DNA of 63,724 nucleotides, counting the filler, from Rhizaria sp. SCN 62-66 (taxonomy: Eukaryota), in the NCBI GenBank assembly GCA_001724265.1. It is 3 parts of 3 records of this genome, joined end to end, with 100 filler letters (N's around TTAATTAATTAA, not from the genome) between each part and the next. Parts side by side here need not be neighbours in the genome. Positions count along the whole stretch, not along the records: positions 45,392 to 63,724 come from MEDY01000475.1; 2 more parts are not named here. One strand, given 5' to 3'. The translations under genes and the position numbers were made by a program. Below, in pieces: positions 58,238-63,724 of the stretch (position 1 is the first letter of the stretch; each line of letters starts with the position of its first letter). The notes under the pieces were generated by a model. The model searched no databases and was not told the DNA's origin. It was given only the letters and a program-made list of their open reading frames with translations.

Positions 58238-59887
58238 GCGTGGCGAAGAAAACACGCGTTGCGTTCGTCAATGCATCAAAAGCAACAAACTCGTGTTTGT
58301 TTGTTCTTGCTGATGTAAGTCGTTTCCGTTTGTTTCCGTTTGTAAGTTCTCGTTTCGTTCCTCGCTTGTTCTTTTTTCTTCTTTTTTTTTCGGTTTCGTT
58401 TTTAGCTTTGTTTTTAGTGTCGCAAAATTCAATTCATTCATGTATTGTTCCCCAACATGTACACTCTTCGTTCTTTTCTTTCTTTTATTTTTTCGTTTCT
58501 TTGTTTCTTCAAAAGTTCAAGTCACAGTCAAAAGTTAAATCACCACCTTTCTCCCGCGTTTGCTCGTCACCACAGTCAGAGAGTTTCGTTGTTAACAGTT
58601 GCACTTTGCATCCTTTGTGTGCATTGGTCCCGTTAACTCCTTGCTTTGTCAGTTGCGTTGTTCGGTTCGCAGGACGTGAGAGAAAGAGTGAACAAAATCT
58701 CACAAAAAGATGTCACCAAAGTTATAAGTCTCAACAACAATAACATAACAACCCCCAAATAACGCTAACTTAACACATCAGTTACCTCGTCTAACGCTGT
58801 GCACAGTCTGTTTGTTTGCTCGCGTTGACCACTCAGTTCTTTATTCGCGGTCTTTCCTTCACACTACGTTCGTCTCTTTTCTAGCCAAGCCCGTCCCGTT
58901 GTTTCTCTGTGTGCCCTCTTGTGCCATGTGTGTTTATATTGTCGGTTGTTGTGATATCGCTTGAGCCTGGCGCTACCGCTAGTCACGCTGTACAGTGCTG
59001 CGCTTTCACTCCGTTGCGATCACGAGGCTCTGCTCTAAACGAGTCTCTTGTTGAAGTAATCTGAGTGTAAAACGCTGTGACTGCGGGGGAAGCACGCATG
59101 CCAGCGTTGCTGCCCTTTAACGGCATTCTCTCTCTCTGCCACTAGGGCACCTACCTCCACAACAACTCTCTACAAAACACACACGTACACATCAGCGTGC
59201 TCGAATTTAAGAGCAATAACGATCCGATCATACGAGCTTGATGACATTCTTGATTGATTGACTGTGGCGGAACACGTCTGCCAGTGGTATCTGCGATGAT
59301 TTCGCGGTTTGTCAAAATAAATACATACAATTCAAATATAACCCCTATTGAGTTATACTAAACCGTAACATTACATTGATTGCCGTCAAGCTCATAGCAT
59401 TAGACATCGAAATGAAATAAATGTCAGGCGGCTGCCCAAGTGAGGTCATTTTTTCGGAACTTGTCTCGGAATGTGGACGACGCGACCACAGTGATTCGTG
59501 GCGAGTGAGTTGCGCTGAGTCATCGGTACAGAGACGCAATTTGTGGCTGGTAGCGGGGCGGTTTAAGGGTTTTTCTTATTCTTGGTCGTTATATGCGTAG
59601 GAAATCCATCTATTTAGCTATTCCTGACGCTATACTTTCCGCGACGTGCCTCGTTTCGGAACTGAGATCTGGCCGAAGACCATATCATCGATCAGACGCT
59701 TCCTCCTCTTTGGAGTGCGCCTTGCTCTTCCCCAGACCACGTTTTACGGATCTACATTCCTACAATCCCTGAAAAGTTTCCTGTTACTTTCTCTGATCTC
59801 ACAATTATTCTCTGCTGTATGCACCTATACCCCTGTTTTGTCCCCTCCCTTCTTTTTCCTTCGGTTCCTCCATGACTCTAGTCGGCA

Positions 59888-62749
59888 ATGGGTTACGAGG
59901 TGTTCGACGACGTAGCATTCTTCTACGTTGCCAGCGCCTTCCTTGCCTCTGTTATCTTTCCCATTACGGGATGGATTCTCTACTCTGAAATCAGCGCCTA
60001 TTTGGAGGCGCGCAAGGTGTCCTCGGGCACCGAAACCAACGCTGCGTCTGCCAAGTTCATCGAAGACAAGCTCCGTGAGAAGGGTACTATCAAGACCGTT
60101 TCCCTCAAGGAGAAGTATCTCCGCAAGCGCTACGTTTTGCTCCTCATCTGCTGGGTCGTTTTCTTCTACCTCATGACCATGCTGCCCTCCATGAACACCA
60201 AGGCCTTCGCGTCCTTCGAGCCATACTCGATCCTCGGCGTTGAGGTCGACGCCGATGAGGGCGTTATCAAGAAGGCCTACCGCAAGCTCTCGCTCAAGTG
60301 GCACCCCGATAAGAACCCCGACAACAAGGAGGAGGCGGAGACCCAGTTCCTTCTCGTCTCCAAGGCTTACACCGCGCTTACTGATCCTCGTGTCAAGGCT
60401 AACATGGAGCGTTGGGGCAACCCCGACGGCTTCCAGGTACGTTCTCTTTTCCACTACGTAGATTACGCCTCTTTATATATTTCTTAGAACATATCTTCAT
60501 TACGTCTCTTTGCAACTCAACGTAATTTAAGACCCTGTCCAACTTTGAGTCCACAAACCCGCATTTATCTCACTCTTTATCTTTAAACCCACTCTTCGCC
60601 TCTATGCCTTCTCTTTTCCCCTCTTTTCCCCTCCTTATCTTAGGGTTACTCGATGACCTACGGCCTGCCCGAGTTCCTCGCGTCTAAGGACCACCAGATC
60701 CTGGTCATGCTTCTCTACGCCCTCGTCGTGCTCGGCGTGCCTCTGGCCGTCTACTTCCTCTGGGTCCGCAAGGACGGCAAGTCTGCCCACCCGCTGGGCG
60801 TCGACGAGGAGTCCGTCAACCGCTACGCGCAGACCGTCAACGAGAACATGGGCAACAAGTTCCTCATCGAGCCCTTCGCGCTGGCGACCGAGTTCGCTGT
60901 CAACGCGTCCCCGGCGCGCGAGGCCGAGCGTGTGGCTCTGCTGCCCTCCATCAAGGACCGTCTGGCGCCGCCCAAGTTCGACAAGTTCTGGCCCGCGCAG
61001 TACGCCGCGGCGACGCTGACGGGGTACATGTCGCGCAAGACGCTCGGCGTGCTCCAGCAGGCCGACCTGCCCAAGTTCCTCGCGTCTGCGCACCCGCTGC
61101 TGGCGGCCATCACCGAGATCGCCAAGGCGCGCCACCAGTCTCGGCCGTACAACGGCGCCATCGACATCATGCAGCACATCGCGCAGGCCATGTGGTTCGG
61201 CGAGACGGACCTGATGCAGCTGCCCTACATCGGCATGTCGGAGCTCGTCGCGCTGGGCCGCAAGAACATCCGCGTCATGCCGCAGCTGCGCGTGCTTCCC
61301 GAGGAGGAGGTCCGCGCTGTGCTGGCCCCCACCCTGTCCGCTGCGCAAATCACCGAGGTGATGACTGTTGCCAAGGCCATCCCGAGCATCGACGTCGACC
61401 TTAAGTGGCACGTGCCGGGCGCCGAGGATATCTGCGAGAACGACGCTGTGCACATCGACATCGCGCTCAAGCGGCTGCCCACTTCGTGGTACTTTACCGG
61501 CGCCCGCCAGCGCCCGCTGACCGCCGCCGAGGAGGCCGAGGCGAAGAAGGCCAAGGAGGACGAGGAGCAGAAACAGCGCACCGCCGCCGCCGCCAAGGCC
61601 GCCCAGGAGAGCGCCGACTCGACCGAGACCAAGACCGACTCTACTACTGCTTCTACCCGCCCCGCGGCCGTCATTCCCAGTGACAACAAGAAGGCCAACG
61701 GCAAGAAGGCCAAGATGACCGCCGAGGAGCGCGCGGCCGAGGACGCCCGCATCGACGCGCTGATCGAGAACTTCGAGATCTACGAGAAGGAGGAGAAGAA
61801 GGAGACGTTCGACGACAAGGTCGCGCCCCTGGTCCACGCGCCCTCGCTGCCCTTCACCAAGCGCGAGGTCTGGTACGTCGCCCTGCTCAACATCGGCCCC
61901 AACAACAAGGAGATCCTCGTCGACGCCCGCAGCGTCAAGCGCTTCGAGGACGCCGTGGACGTCAAGTTCGTGCTCCAGGCGCCCCCCAAGCCCGGCAACT
62001 ACATCTTCGAGATCCAGATCCGCTCTGACTCGTACGTCGGCTGCGACCTCTCTGCGCGCTTCCCCATGATCGTCAAGGCTGCCGCGGGCATGAGCAACAA
62101 CAAGCGCAAGAAGGCCGCCGCGCGCGGCGCCGGCGGCTGCTGCGATGACGGCCACGGCCACGGCCACGGCGGCGCCGCCGCCGCGGGCGCGGACGACGAC
62201 GAGGAGGAGGAGGACGAGACCGCCACCCGCAAGCCCAAGGCCAAGGCCAGCAAGGCCAAGGTCGAGGTGCTCGACGAGGATGGCAACCCCATCGCCTCTG
62301 CCGAGGACGACGGCGAGGACGAGGAGGAGGAGGAGGAGGAGGAGGACGAGGAGGAGGCCGAGGAGGCGCGCCGTATGGCCGAGCTCAACAAGCCCACCGA
62401 GGAGCTCCCCGGCAAGTGGTACTTCCTTGGTGCCGGCTCGTTCCTCGAGATGCTGGTCAACGTCGTCGTGCTCGGCGTTGTCGGCTTCTACGCCTACAAC
62501 TTCCTCCACTCGCGCGGACTCTGGCAGAAGTGGTTCGAGCCCGTCGTGTCGGTCGTGTGGAAGCGCGCCGCGCCCCTCGTCGCCACCGTCAACACCGTCA
62601 CCGCGCCTGTCACGACGCCCGTGCTGGCGCTGCTTACGGCCGTGTTTGCGCGCTTCCTCGGCACCGACGCCGCGATGCCCGAGCACATCCGCCGCGAGAA
62701 GCTCAACAAGATGAAGAGCCAGCGCAACCGCCGCACCCCCTTCGCGTAA
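59888..62749 (+). CDS. SEC63: Translocation protein SEC63 (3 TM + J-domain + Sec63/Brl domain)
   Basis: Exons 59888-60436 and 60644-62749. FEPYSILGV..IKKAYRKLSLKWHPDKN..VSKAYTALTD..NMERWGNPDG; YGLPEFL; LMQLPYI; VHAPSLPFTKREVWYV; SDSYVGCD. Stop TAA. Confidence 0.95.
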
Positions 62750-63724
62750 ACGCACTCGCGTAAATGCACTGTAATTGCAATAAATGCAGTACTTCTGTAC
62801 ACTGCGATTACGCAAAGCAAAGATGGAGAGCCGCGGAGTTTTTGCGTAAATCGCCGTGTTTTTGCGTCAAACATGTGTTTGATCTTCTCCATAATCGACC
62901 GCTCCAGCGTCAGTCAACATCACCATCGAGTTCACGCTTATCATCTTCACCATTGTTCATAGTATAGTATTTGAACCTACAGATAGATTGTACATCAAAA
63001 GAAATATTAGCTGAAAAAACCCTACAAAAAAAAGAAGCAATGTGAATTTGTTTTTAAATGTCTCTTACTGTATGCAGTCGTTACAAAAGACTTTTGGGGT
63101 GCACTTCTTTGACACATCACACAATTCACGCCCGCTTGCGCTCAGAGCGAATTTGACATCACCTACATCACTGTGTTGCTGTATATTAACAAAAGCAATA
63201 CGCTCCCGTGCTGTGCTTGGAAGGTCTGTTCTCTGTGTGTGAGTGCGCGTGCAATCAGTGTCACCGTTGTATAATGCCACTTTAGTCGTTTTGTTTCGAT
63301 TCGTACTGGACGAGGCTGTATATGATATCCAGAAAATAAATAAATCAACTATTAAACTAAACAATTTCCCCACAAATCTTCATTCGAACCACAATTCAGA
63401 ATCTTAGTTGCGTAAGTAAGTATGCTTGACTGTCAGTGAGCTGTTATGAACATCTATGCAGTCTTAAGTGAGGAGATCACAAATGAAGACATCGGAATCG
63501 GAGGAAGTAAAGAACTACTGTATGAAGCGTTGAGTACGCACGACATTTGAAACAACATGAACACTCACACTAACACTATAAACACAGTGAACAAAAAAAA
63601 AAAAAGGTAAACAAATGGTCAAGAGGTGCTGTATTAAAAAGTACGCTTATGGAGATATTTCGCCCAGAACTTCATGTGTTGTGATTACGATTAATATGAT
63701 ACCGTGTTACTATGACTACACGTC

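Noticed and set aside
1-63724. tRNA (including a CUA suppressor), rRNA, CRISPR arrays, transposons or prokaryotic systems
   Set aside because: None recognisable by eye. The repeats present are coding trinucleotide or low-complexity tracts. A tRNAscan/Infernal run is needed to exclude small RNAs.

Overview
Gene-dense nuclear DNA of a eukaryotic microbe (protist-like): GC-rich exons and short, AT/pyrimidine-rich GT-AG introns of about 100-270 nt. Three contigs are joined by artificial 100-nt spacers (N44-TTAATTAATTAA-N44 at 22599-22698 and 45292-45391). I reconstructed 19 protein-coding genes, three of them partial. They include eIF3g, ERH, ARPC4, a SulP/SLC26 transporter, a GIGYF-like protein, a neutral sphingomyelinase, a GYF_2/WW/MyTH4 myosin, SEC63, a WW+WCA actin nucleation factor, a 4x Auto_anti-p27 zinc-ribbon protein, and probable Nsl1/Mis14 and Mic12/Mic13 homologues. 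Main result: strong evidence for a non-standard nuclear genetic code in which UAG is a sense codon, most likely Gln, while UAA and UGA remain stops. Six in-frame TAGs interrupt otherwise intact reading frames in four genes on two contigs, and no in-frame TAA or TGA was found. All 18 visible gene ends use TAA (13) or TGA (5), never TAG. Secondary results: 5' splice sites are unusual (GTACGT in 16 of 21, pyrimidine at +4 in all 21), motifs are shared between divergent promoters, and several proteins have unusual domain architectures. All family calls are from motif recognition by eye; no searches were run.
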